Of a DNA stretch of 64,000 nt, positions 40,375 to 50,520 are shown in pieces. Below the pieces are notes generated by a model, which did not search any database, was not told the DNA's origin, and saw nothing but the letters and a program-made list of their open reading frames with translations. The stretch is from a virus. The translations under genes and the position numbers were made by a program. Within the stretch, counting starts at the first letter, position 1. Each line of letters opens with the position of its first letter. The stretch lies in IMG/VR virus record IMGVR_UViG_3300027970_000006; one strand, written 5' to 3'.

Positions 40375-40399
40375 ATCATAATTTTAAAATTAAAAAAAA

Positions 40400-42259
40400 A
40401 TGGATATTTCACAAAAAATATTAAGCAACATTACGGTGTATATGAAATACGCAAAATTCATTCCCGAATTAAATAGAAGAGAAACTTGGGAAGAATTGGT
40501 GACAAGAAATAAAGAAATGCACCAAAAAAAATACCCACAAATTAAAGAAGAAATTGAAAACGTTTATCAAATGGTATATGATAAAAAAATTCTTCCATCA
40601 ATGAGGTCTTTACAATTTGGCGGAAAACCAATTGAAATTTCACCAAACAGGGTTTATAATTGTGCATATTTGCCAATTGATCACCAAGATGCGTTTTCTG
40701 AAACTATGTTTTTACTTTTAGGAGGAACAGGAGTTGGGTTTTCAGTTCAAAAACACCACGTTGATAAATTACCTGAAATTAAAAAACCAAACCCAAATAG
40801 AACAAGAAGATATTTGATCGGTGATTCTATTGAAGGATGGGCGGACGCAATTAAAGTATTGGTTGAATCTTATTTTGGAATAAAATCATCAACACCAATT
40901 TTTGATTTTTCAGACATTCGTCAAAAAGGAGCGTTGTTGGTTACATCAGGAGGAAAGGCACCTGGCCCACAACCACTTAAAGATTGTATTCACAACATTA
41001 CAAAAGTATTTGAATCTAAAAACGATCGCGAAAAATTAACACCAATTGAAACTCACGATATCGTTTGTCATATCGCAGACGCAGTTCTTGCTGGTGGAAT
41101 TAGAAGGGCCGCTTTAATTTCGTTATTCTCTGCGGATGATGAAGAAATGATTTCTTGTAAGTCAGGAAATTGGTGGGAACAAAATCCACAAAGAGGAAGA
41201 GCAAACAATTCGGCGGTACTTCTTCGTCACAAAATAACCAAAGAATATTTTATGGGTCTTTGGAAAAGAATTGAATTGTCAGGAGCAGGAGAACCCGGAA
41301 TTTATTTATCAAACGATAAAGATTGGGGAACAAATCCTTGTTGTGAGATCGGACTTCGTCCTTATCAGTTCTGTAATTTATGTGAGGTAAATGCTTCTGA
41401 TATTGAATCACAAGAAGATTTTGAACAACGAGTAAAAGGGGCTGCGTTCATTGGGACACTTCAAGCGGGATATACTGATTTCCATTACCTTCGCGATGTA
41501 TGGAAAAGAACCACAGAAAAAGATGCTCTTATTGGTGTTGGAATGACGGGTATTGGATCAGGAGTTGTTTTAGGTTATGATATGGAAGCAGCTGCACAAT
41601 CTGTTAAAGATGAAAACGAAAGAGTTGCAAATCTTATTGGAATCAATGCGGCAGCAAGAACAACAACCGTTAAACCATCAGGAACATCATCTTTAGTTTT
41701 GGGAACCTCATCAGGAATTCACGCTTGGCATAATGATTATTATTTAAGAAGAATTCGTGTTGGAAAAAATGAGGCAATTTATTCTTATCTTGCAATCAAT
41801 CACCCCGAACTTGTTGAAGATGAGTTCTTTCGTCCACACGATACCGCAGTAATTACAATTCCACAAAAAGCACCTGAAGGGTCAATCTTGAGATATGAGT
41901 CAGTGTTTGAAATGTTAGAAAGAGTTAAAAAAGTTTCAAAAGAGTGGGTTAGATCTGGTCACAGAACAGGACAAAATACACATAATGTTTCGGCTACAAT
42001 TTCAGTTAAAGAAGATGAGTGGGAACAAGTTGGTGATTGGATGTGGAAAAATAGAAAATTTTACAATGGACTTTCAGTATTACCATACAACGGAGGAACT
42101 TATACCCAAGCACCTTTTGAAGATTGTATACAAGAAGATTTTGAAAGATTAGTTAAGACATTAACAAATGTTGACTTAACTAAAGTCATTGAATTACAAG
42201 ATAATACAAATCTTAGTGGTGAAGTTGCTTGTGGAGCGTCTGGATGTGAAATAGTATAA
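40400..42259 (+). CDS. nrdJ: Class II (adenosylcobalamin-dependent) ribonucleotide reductase
   Basis: PSMRSLQ, YNCAY, GGTGVG, GGIRRAA, TNPCCEI, VKPSGTSS, C-terminal CGASGC; no ATP cone; no small subunit nearby. Confidence 0.9.
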   Translation: MDISQKILSNITVYMKYAKFIPELNRRETWEELVTRNKEMHQKKYPQIKEEIENVYQMVYDKKILPSMRSLQFGGKPIEISPNRVYNCAYLPIDHQDAFSETMFLLLGGTGVGFSVQKHHVDKLPEIKKPNPNRTRRYLIGDSIEGWADAIKVLVESYFGIKSSTPIFDFSDIRQKGALLVTSGGKAPGPQPLKDCIHNITKVFESKNDREKLTPIETHDIVCHIADAVLAGGIRRAALISLFSADDEEMISCKSGNWWEQNPQRGRANNSAVLLRHKITKEYFMGLWKRIELSGAGEPGIYLSNDKDWGTNPCCEIGLRPYQFCNLCEVNASDIESQEDFEQRVKGAAFIGTLQAGYTDFHYLRDVWKRTTEKDALIGVGMTGIGSGVVLGYDMEAAAQSVKDENERVANLIGINAAARTTTVKPSGTSSLVLGTSSGIHAWHNDYYLRRIRVGKNEAIYSYLAINHPELVEDEFFRPHDTAVITIPQKAPEGSILRYESVFEMLERVKKVSKEWVRSGHRTGQNTHNVSATISVKEDEWEQVGDWMWKNRKFYNGLSVLPYNGGTYTQAPFEDCIQEDFERLVKTLTNVDLTKVIELQDNTNLSGEVACGASGCEIV

Positions 42260-42262
42260 GTT

Positions 42263-42490
42263 ATGGCAATAAACGCATCAAACGATTGGATACAACAGTT
42301 ATATGTTCAGGAGACTACAAAAATGTCACCTAAACCTGATTTTTATACAGACGATAATGGTAGAATCGTAATGACTGAAGAATACCATATTAAACGAGGA
42401 AGTTGTTGCGGATCACATTGTAAACATTGTCCTTACGAACCTATTTACCAAAAGGGAACTAAAAATTTACAAAAATCACTACTTCGGTAG
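42263..42490 (+). CDS. Small Cys-rich protein (DUF5522-like)
   Basis: TEEYHIKRGSCCGSHCKHCPY motif. Confidence 0.75.
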   Translation: MAINASNDWIQQLYVQETTKMSPKPDFYTDDNGRIVMTEEYHIKRGSCCGSHCKHCPYEPIYQKGTKNLQKSLLR

Positions 42491-42502
42491 TGATTTTTTT
42501 TT
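42471..42502 (+). terminator. Intrinsic terminator with C(UUCG)G tetraloop, overlapping the stop codon
   Basis: AAAAATCACTAC-TTCG-GTAGTGATTTTT plus T tract. Confidence 0.85.
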
Positions 42503-42537
42503 ACTTAAAAAAACGATAACTTATATTTATAAGTGAT

Positions 42538-42996
42538 ATGGCAAATGGTATTACTTATGGAATTTCTTTTCCTTTTGTTGACTCTTTCACTGGACGTTAT
42601 TTGGATGTGACAAATTCTACTGAGGGTGAGATTAGGGCAAATCTTGTTCATCTTTTATTAACAAGAAAAGGATCAAGGTATTTTTTACCTGATTTTGGAA
42701 CTCGTCTTTATGAATACATATTTGAACCTTTAGACGGACCAACATTTTCTGACATTGAGGCCGAGATAAGAAGTACAATTGGAACATATATGCCAAATTT
42801 ACAAGTAACAAACATTACTGTTGAACCGGCATCTGCGGGTTTAGAAGATAAAGGTTATACCGTGAATAGAGATGGAGAAAGGGAGTTTAAAGTTACAAAT
42901 ATCGCAACTTTAGAACACACCGCAAAAATCAAAATAGATTATCGTATAACAGATTCGGCTTTTGAATCTCAAGATTTTATCATTATCAATATTTAA
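42538..42996 (+). CDS. Baseplate wedge / sheath initiator (gp25-like)
   Basis: IRANLVHLLLTRKGSRYFLPDFGTRLYEYIFEP. Confidence 0.92.
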   Translation: MANGITYGISFPFVDSFTGRYLDVTNSTEGEIRANLVHLLLTRKGSRYFLPDFGTRLYEYIFEPLDGPTFSDIEAEIRSTIGTYMPNLQVTNITVEPASAGLEDKGYTVNRDGEREFKVTNIATLEHTAKIKIDYRITDSAFESQDFIIINI

Positions 42997-43004
42997 TATT
43001 ATAT

Positions 43005-44846
43005 ATGGCAGAGAAAAAAATATCATACACGGTTAGAGACTTTCAAGGAGTAAGAACTGAATTAATTAATTTTACAAGAACTTATTATCCTGATTTGGTT
43101 CAAAACTTTAATGATGCAGGTATTTTTTCTGTGATGTTGGATTTAAATGCTGCGGTTACCGATAATTTAAATTATCAAATAGATAGAAGTATACAAGAAA
43201 CCGTATTACAATTTGCTCAACAAAAAAATTCGGTATACAATATTGCAAGAACATACGGATTAAAAGTTCCCGGACAAAGACCATCGGTTGCTTTAATTGA
43301 CTTTTCAATTACGGTTCCGGCTTTTGGTGATAGAGAAGATTTAAGATATTGTGGTGTATTAAGAAGAGGATCACAAGTTAATGGTGGAGGACAACCATTT
43401 GAAACGGTATATGATATTGACTTTGCGTCACCAATCAATGCTGAAGGATCGCCAAATAGAGTTAAAATACCAAACTTTGATAGTAGTGGTAAATTATTAA
43501 ATTATACCATTGTTAAAAGAGAAGTTGTTGTTAATGGTATTACAAAAGTATATAAAAGAGTTATTACACCAAATGATTCAAAACCTTATTTAGAATTATT
43601 TTTACCTGAAAAAAATGTTTTAGGTATTACAAGTGTTTTATTAAAACAAGGAACACAATATTCAACGATACCTAACCCACAAGATTTTTTAACTTTGGGT
43701 CCCGAAAGATGGTTTGAGGTGGACGCTTTGGTTCAAGATAGGGTATTTGTTGAAGACCCAACAAAAGTTTCGGATCAGCCAGGTATTAAAGTTGGAACTT
43801 ATATTACCACATCAAACAAATTTATTTCTGAATATACACCACAAGGGTTTTGTAAAACGACTTTTGGTGGTGGAAACATTTCAGCAGACGAACAATTAAG
43901 ACAATTTGCTATTGACGGAAAAGGATTTGATTTAAGTAGATATACAAATAATTATGCTTTGGGCGCTGCTTTACCACCAAACACAACTTTGTTCGTTCAA
44001 TATAGAATTGGTGGTGGTTTATCAAGTAATTTGGGAATTAACACCATAAATCAAATTGGAACGGTTTCTTTTGCTGTTAACGGTCCTTCACAAAGTGTGA
44101 ATAATAGTGTTATCAATAGTTTACAATGTAATAATGTAACCGCAGCAATTGGAGGAGCGAATCCACCAACAACGGAAGATGTTAGAAATTTGGTCGCGTT
44201 TAACTTTGCGGCACAGAATAGAGCGGTAACCGTAAATGATTATAATTCACTTATTAGAACGATGCCTTCTCAATTTGGGGCACCAGCAAAAGTTGCGATT
44301 ACAGAAGAAAATAATAAGATAAGAATTAAAATGTTGTCTTATGACTCTAGTGGAACATTAACAAATGTTGTATCAAATACCTTAAAACAAAATGTTGCCA
44401 ATTATTTATCTAATTATAGAATGATAAATGATTATATATCTATTGAAGCTGCAGAAACGATTGACTTATCTGTTACTGTGGATGTTGTATTAGATAATAG
44501 CCAAAATCAAGGGGCAATCATTTCAAAAACAATTCAAATTATTACCGACTTCTTTAACCCATTGGTTAGAAATCTTGGTCAAAATGTTAACATATCAGAA
44601 TTAAGAAGATTAATTCAATCAGAAAATGGTATTGTAAGTATTACAGATATATTATTCTTTAATCAAGTTGGGGGTCAGTATTCATCTGCACAAACTTCTA
44701 TGCCATACGCAGATCCATTTACAAGACAAATTCGACCAACAGCAGATACTTTGTTTGCGACACCAACACAAACTTACCAAATTAGGTATCCAAATAAAGA
44801 TATTAATGTTAGAGTTTTGAACCTGAAATCAGTAAACTTTTCATAG
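43005..44846 (+). CDS. Baseplate wedge protein (gp6 / baseplate J-like)
   Basis: RDFQGVRTEL, IARTYGLK, AAIGGANP, AQNRAVTVNDY. Confidence 0.88.
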   Translation: MAEKKISYTVRDFQGVRTELINFTRTYYPDLVQNFNDAGIFSVMLDLNAAVTDNLNYQIDRSIQETVLQFAQQKNSVYNIARTYGLKVPGQRPSVALIDFSITVPAFGDREDLRYCGVLRRGSQVNGGGQPFETVYDIDFASPINAEGSPNRVKIPNFDSSGKLLNYTIVKREVVVNGITKVYKRVITPNDSKPYLELFLPEKNVLGITSVLLKQGTQYSTIPNPQDFLTLGPERWFEVDALVQDRVFVEDPTKVSDQPGIKVGTYITTSNKFISEYTPQGFCKTTFGGGNISADEQLRQFAIDGKGFDLSRYTNNYALGAALPPNTTLFVQYRIGGGLSSNLGINTINQIGTVSFAVNGPSQSVNNSVINSLQCNNVTAAIGGANPPTTEDVRNLVAFNFAAQNRAVTVNDYNSLIRTMPSQFGAPAKVAITEENNKIRIKMLSYDSSGTLTNVVSNTLKQNVANYLSNYRMINDYISIEAAETIDLSVTVDVVLDNSQNQGAIISKTIQIITDFFNPLVRNLGQNVNISELRRLIQSENGIVSITDILFFNQVGGQYSSAQTSMPYADPFTRQIRPTADTLFATPTQTYQIRYPNKDINVRVLNLKSVNFS

Positions 44847-44921
44847 TAATTTATTTTTTTCAACTTATAACTATTTTTATCAAAATAGCAAATAAACTAT
44901 TTATGAAAAAAACGTTTTTTA

Positions 44922-47900
44922 ATGGGTAAATCGTATAGAATAAGAACCGAAGTCGGTGTTGATAAGTATATAAATGTAAATTTAGAACAAGATTGGGAGT
45001 CTTTGGAGGTATTATCTTTAAAGATTTTAGCAAATGATGTATATACTAGATTTTGTGCTGATTATGGTGTTGTAACCGGTAGAGTTTTTGTTAATGGGGG
45101 TTTTGGATTACCAAATGCGAAGGTTTCGGTTTTTATTCCATTGGAATCTGCTGATGAATTAGACCCTGTAATTTCAGAATTATATCCATATAAAACCATT
45201 ACTGAAACTAATGAAGATGGTTATAGGTATAATCTTTTACCGAAGTTACCATCATATAACGGACACGTATCAACAGGATCATTTCCAAATAAAGGGGATA
45301 TTTTAATGGACGGATCGTATATTGAAGTATACGATAAATATTATAGATTTACTGTTACCACAAATGAAAGTGGTGACTTTATGATTTTTGGGGTTCCAGT
45401 TGGAACTCAAACAATTGTGATGGATGTTGATTTATCAGACATAGGATGTTTTTCATTATCACCACAAGATTTAATCCAACAAGGATTGGCGACAGAAACA
45501 CAAGTTAACGGCGCCAAATTTAAATCATCAACAAACCTTAGAGAACTACCACAAATTAAAAACTTGGTTTTTGATGTTGATGTTAGACCATTTTGGGGAG
45601 ACGCAGATCTTTGTCAAGTTGGAATTACAAGAGTTGATTTTGATTTAACAAAACAAGCAAATATAAATATACAACCAACGGCAATATTCATGGGGTCAAT
45701 TATTTCAACAACCGATGACGATGCGTTGAAAGTAAGTTGTAAACCAAAAAATAATACGGGGAATTTATGTGAGTTAGTTGCGGGACCTGGTGAAATTCAA
45801 GCTATTAGACAAACCATATTTTCAGATGATAATGGACTTCCAATATTAGAAAGATATGAAATAGAACAAGAAGGTAAGGTAATAGATGCTGACGGGACGT
45901 ATTTGTTAAATGTTCCAATGAATCTTGATTATGTTTTTACAAATGAATTTGGACAACAAGTAATTTCAAACGACCCAAAAAAAGGAATACCAACAAAAGG
46001 AAAATACCGATTTAGATTTAAATGGCAAAACGAACAAGGACTTCAAGGAAGTTTTCAAAGAGCAAATTTTTTAGTTCCAAACATCAAAGAGTATGGTTGG
46101 AATAATACATATAATTCATCAAACGACCCATTTACAAATTTATCACCAGGAACATACAATTATTCAATTTCCGCTGGATTAGTTACAGGAACTACCATAA
46201 TAAATAATCTTGGATATAATTTAGGGTTATCACAACCTGTAACCAACAACGTAAGTTCATATTCAATTTATCTTAATGGCCAATTGTATTTTGGAAGTTT
46301 AAATTCAATACCATTTGATTTTGGGGATACTATACAAATTGTGGGAACACCAATTGACTCCTCACAACCTCAATCATTTTCATTCACCTCATACCAAGAA
46401 GAATTATTTAATTTATTAAGATCATATGCTTTTAGCACCGATTGGGATGACTATGCAAATGTTCAGGAGGCTTTAAATTGTGAAGATACTTTTTATGAAT
46501 TTGGTTATAATAAAGTTTATACAACAACTATGTTTTTGGACCGATATAAAAAAGGTATTGGTAGAGCAAAACATTTGGGTATAAAAGAAATTGATAATAG
46601 ATCTTGTAAGTCAACCGTAAATACATTTCCTGTAAATGATATTATTAGAAATTTTGATGCGATATTTTTTGTTTTTAACATATTAATTAATATTTTAACT
46701 TTTCCGATTTTAGTACTTTTATTTGTCGCTCATTTTATTTCATTTTTGTGGCCTATATTAAAATATGTTTTAATTATATTGGGTATTGTATTAACAATAC
46801 AGGCGATTGATGATGCGCAAGCGGTATTTGAAAACGCTTCCGAAATTATTGAAGCACAACTTAGTGCAATAAACGCTAGTTTGGCGGGTCCTGTTGTTGA
46901 TACAGGAGCATTAGCTAAGGCTGTTAGATTACTTATAAAACAATTTGTATTAATTGCTAAAGCCGTGTTTTCTGCGGTATTAGCGGCCACTTTTACCGCT
47001 TTTGCAATATTTGCGGCGGTAAAAATAAAAGGATTCCCAAGAATTGGATTACCAATGATTTCATATCCTGATTGTACAAGTTGTGACTGCGATTGTAAAA
47101 ATGCAGACATGAGTGATGATTTTGACTCAAATTCTGTTTACAATGAAATTAATACTGCGGCACAATCATCGGGTGGAGGATCAAATAATACTCAGTTATC
47201 AACACCAAAAACATTAATTGCCCCCGTAAATTCTTCAGGTGCATACACTTTAGACCACCCAAATTTAAACAATGACCCAAATGGAAATGACCCTTTCCCC
47301 CCATGTAAATCATTTACAACTTTACTTGAAGCCACAAGTCAAGATGAAATAAGTGTTGATGTTGTTGTTAAGGCTTCTTTAGATTATATAAGAATTGCTT
47401 CTGGATCTGACGTTATTAGTTCAACAGACCCAAATAGGTATTTACCAAATGAGGCCTATTTATTAAAAGCACCACAACCATTTTTATTCTCGGCAGAAAA
47501 AAATGCGGGGGCGGACGATAGATTTTTTGCATATCCTACTTCTGTAACGTTTTCACAAAAATTAAATGAATTTAACACTAGAGATAAATACTTTAAAAGT
47601 AGTACGATAAGTGCGTTCGGAACTGGTGTTAATAGAATAAAAACAACCGTGAATCCAACATCGGGATCAACACCATATGAGGATCAGGTAATTGTTGTTT
47701 TAATGACCGCAGGATCTACCGAATCTTTAGGTGTTGGAAATATTATTACTTTCCAAGACCCAAATTATATGGACTCAGGATCTACTCTTAGGATGGTTAA
47801 TTTGACGGGAGCAACAATCAACCAATTCCAAAATAATTCAATAACAGGAACAACTTTTACAGGACAAACATCATTACCTTTAACTTATGCCGACCCATCA

Positions 47901-50519
47901 AATCCGTCAAATGGATTAACGGCAAATATTGTTATTAATTCACCACAAGTGAGTCAACTTCCTGTTGTAGGAAATCCTAATGTTGAGCAGTCATACCTTC
48001 AATATCCCACAGATCTTGAGTATTTTCAATTAATTACAGGAATAACATATACCGATTTTATAAACCAATCAAATTATACATCAGCGTCAGGATTTTATCC
48101 TCAAACTTATTTATTACACGACATAAGTTATATTGCACCATGTGGGGGTAGTAATACCCTTTCAAATATAATTGGTGTGATGGAAAATTATCAAACTTAT
48201 GAAATTTGTATTTTTGTAAGAGGTGTAGATCCGTTTACTACAAAACAAACTATATCTTATGACTTATCTAAAATATTTGGTAAATCTTATGGGAATATTA
48301 CAATACAAGGAGATTATTATTTAAATGTTCCAATACAACCATTAAACACATTATTAAAACCTACAACACATAATACCACAAATAATAATAATCAAACATT
48401 ATATTTCCCTTCATTTACTTTCACTCCAGACCCAATACAATATACCGCTTTTACATCTAATTTACCATATTATTATTTAAGTACCGATGATATTTTATCA
48501 ACAACCTATTCACCATATCCAGGTCAATGGCAAACAAATAACTTAAGTACGACATCATTACAACAAACAATTGCGAATGGTTATGGATTACCAATACCAT
48601 CAACATCTTACTATACTGTCGGAGGAACTTATTTAAGGTGGGTAAATGATTTTCAGTTTACAAATTTAAACATGCAAACAGGAAACAATAATAGTAACCC
48701 ACCTTGTAATCAAGATTGTCAAAAGGGTGAATATTTTAATACTGGCTCAACATTCTACACGGGAGTGAATAGTATGGGTAATTTATCGGCACTTTATTCT
48801 CCCGCCTATTATAGATATGGACTAAATCCAATATCTTTCCCAACGACATATAGTAATCGTATAGTGATGAGATCAGATAGATTACCAACATCTACAAACG
48901 TTCAAAACGGACCATCAGGAACTCAAACAGGATATGGTCTTCACCAAAATGATAACTTTTCATTTTATGGTCAAAATGGTAATGAAACTCAACCAACGAT
49001 AGGTGTAGGTGGAGACTTAATATCTGGTGAATCACAAGATGATGATCCGATCACAACAGGATTAACAGAAACATTAACTTGTGAAGGAATGGTTCCTTTA
49101 GAGTGTTATAGTGGTTCAGGAAACAATGTTGGTGTTTTACCAGCAGGACAATGCGCAATACCGTCAAATAGAATGGTAAATGGATGTTATTGTTTACTAA
49201 ACTACATAGAAACAGGTATTCCAGTGTTTAAAAAATTATATCTAATTCCGGAGTACTTTAGAGATGCTAAATTGTTTTTAGAATGGAAAACAAGATTTAC
49301 TATGAACTTCGCGGCTTGTAGAGGGGTGTTTGGACAAGTATTTCAGAATAATTGGATCAACGGGGTTTTATATATGTTTAATTTCAATAAAAGAACAACA
49401 TTTGGGGTTAACGCGACTAATCCAAATTATAATTATTGTGAAAATGTTATTGTATTTAACGAATTAAGTAATAATTTTTATTATAGATCATCACCTTGGA
49501 ATAATACAATACAAGAGTTTATTGGAAAAGACTCACCAAACTATAATTCACAAAGTTCGTTTAGTAATTTTCCTGGATTTGGATATAATGTAAAACAAAT
49601 ACAATTCCCAACGACCGTTGTTGACTTAGGGCCTAGAGATTATTTTATAAACGAAGTTTGTTGTTCTGGAGGTATTGATGGTTTTGGGTCTTATTATGGA
49701 AATCAATTAAAAGCCACATCATATCAAGACAATTCTGACATTATACAACTTGGGTTTCTTTCAAGAATACTTAATGATGGAGTTAGACAAAGAATGATTC
49801 CGATATCTAGTGGGGACAATTCAACTGAAGGGCAAGGAATTATTCAATTCTTTAATAGTACAAGAGGTGGTTATAGAATTGACGGAGATTGGGCTCAAAT
49901 GTTATCCATTAATTCAGAGTGGAAAGTTTTACCATTTATAAGTGAAAATGTGCCAAGTAATCAATATATCTTTTTTGGAGATAATGGGGCACCAACTCCT
50001 GATCAAATTAAACCTGTTATGGGATTATTTTTTCAGACACCACAAGAAAATTTAAAATATAGAAAAATTGAATCACCTGGAATTGAAACATATAATTTCA
50101 CTCCGTTAATTGAAGAAAAGTTTGGGTATTCTAAATCACAAGTGGTACCACATTATAAATGGTCTTTGAAAACGAGCTCCCCAAGCCAAAATATTTTTGG
50201 AACAGAAGATAATAATTGGTATACAAATGTTATTGGACAAGGGTTCTTTAAGAAAAAATATCAAGATTTAGATTTCACAACTTTAGGTGAAAAATATATA
50301 ACATCAACAACTAAATTGGGGTATATAACAAATTATACTTTAGCTGGTGTACCAGAACCACTCATACCCCCTTCAATAGTTAATCAGGGTATACCTAGTG
50401 GTAATGCTAATCAGTCGGTGGTTGTTGGAGCACCTTATCATTTTTACTTTGGTTTAAATAACGGAAAGACCGCCGTAGATAGATTCTATAAACTTTATGT
50501 AGCAACAGCAGAAGAGTAA
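44922..50519 (+). CDS. Large structural protein with carboxypeptidase-regulatory-like N-domain and internal hydrophobic (TM-like) segments
   Basis: GVVTGRV...LPNAKVSVF, TNESGDFMIFGVP; hydrophobic stretches at about 46660-47030. Confidence 0.6.
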   Translation: MGKSYRIRTEVGVDKYINVNLEQDWESLEVLSLKILANDVYTRFCADYGVVTGRVFVNGGFGLPNAKVSVFIPLESADELDPVISELYPYKTITETNEDGYRYNLLPKLPSYNGHVSTGSFPNKGDILMDGSYIEVYDKYYRFTVTTNESGDFMIFGVPVGTQTIVMDVDLSDIGCFSLSPQDLIQQGLATETQVNGAKFKSSTNLRELPQIKNLVFDVDVRPFWGDADLCQVGITRVDFDLTKQANINIQPTAIFMGSIISTTDDDALKVSCKPKNNTGNLCELVAGPGEIQAIRQTIFSDDNGLPILERYEIEQEGKVIDADGTYLLNVPMNLDYVFTNEFGQQVISNDPKKGIPTKGKYRFRFKWQNEQGLQGSFQRANFLVPNIKEYGWNNTYNSSNDPFTNLSPGTYNYSISAGLVTGTTIINNLGYNLGLSQPVTNNVSSYSIYLNGQLYFGSLNSIPFDFGDTIQIVGTPIDSSQPQSFSFTSYQEELFNLLRSYAFSTDWDDYANVQEALNCEDTFYEFGYNKVYTTTMFLDRYKKGIGRAKHLGIKEIDNRSCKSTVNTFPVNDIIRNFDAIFFVFNILINILTFPILVLLFVAHFISFLWPILKYVLIILGIVLTIQAIDDAQAVFENASEIIEAQLSAINASLAGPVVDTGALAKAVRLLIKQFVLIAKAVFSAVLAATFTAFAIFAAVKIKGFPRIGLPMISYPDCTSCDCDCKNADMSDDFDSNSVYNEINTAAQSSGGGSNNTQLSTPKTLIAPVNSSGAYTLDHPNLNNDPNGNDPFPPCKSFTTLLEATSQDEISVDVVVKASLDYIRIASGSDVISSTDPNRYLPNEAYLLKAPQPFLFSAEKNAGADDRFFAYPTSVTFSQKLNEFNTRDKYFKSSTISAFGTGVNRIKTTVNPTSGSTPYEDQVIVVLMTAGSTESLGVGNIITFQDPNYMDSGSTLRMVNLTGATINQFQNNSITGTTFTGQTSLPLTYADPSNPSNGLTANIVINSPQVSQLPVVGNPNVEQSYLQYPTDLEYFQLITGITYTDFINQSNYTSASGFYPQTYLLHDISYIAPCGGSNTLSNIIGVMENYQTYEICIFVRGVDPFTTKQTISYDLSKIFGKSYGNITIQGDYYLNVPIQPLNTLLKPTTHNTTNNNNQTLYFPSFTFTPDPIQYTAFTSNLPYYYLSTDDILSTTYSPYPGQWQTNNLSTTSLQQTIANGYGLPIPSTSYYTVGGTYLRWVNDFQFTNLNMQTGNNNSNPPCNQDCQKGEYFNTGSTFYTGVNSMGNLSALYSPAYYRYGLNPISFPTTYSNRIVMRSDRLPTSTNVQNGPSGTQTGYGLHQNDNFSFYGQNGNETQPTIGVGGDLISGESQDDDPITTGLTETLTCEGMVPLECYSGSGNNVGVLPAGQCAIPSNRMVNGCYCLLNYIETGIPVFKKLYLIPEYFRDAKLFLEWKTRFTMNFAACRGVFGQVFQNNWINGVLYMFNFNKRTTFGVNATNPNYNYCENVIVFNELSNNFYYRSSPWNNTIQEFIGKDSPNYNSQSSFSNFPGFGYNVKQIQFPTTVVDLGPRDYFINEVCCSGGIDGFGSYYGNQLKATSYQDNSDIIQLGFLSRILNDGVRQRMIPISSGDNSTEGQGIIQFFNSTRGGYRIDGDWAQMLSINSEWKVLPFISENVPSNQYIFFGDNGAPTPDQIKPVMGLFFQTPQENLKYRKIESPGIETYNFTPLIEEKFGYSKSQVVPHYKWSLKTSSPSQNIFGTEDNNWYTNVIGQGFFKKKYQDLDFTTLGEKYITSTTKLGYITNYTLAGVPEPLIPPSIVNQGIPSGNANQSVVVGAPYHFYFGLNNGKTAVDRFYKLYVATAEE

Positions 50520-50520
50520 A

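Noticed and set aside
44871-44920. Palindromes CTATTTT..AAAATAG and AAAAAACGTTTTTT before the 1865-aa gene
   Set aside because: Low-complexity A/T palindromes expected by chance in this composition
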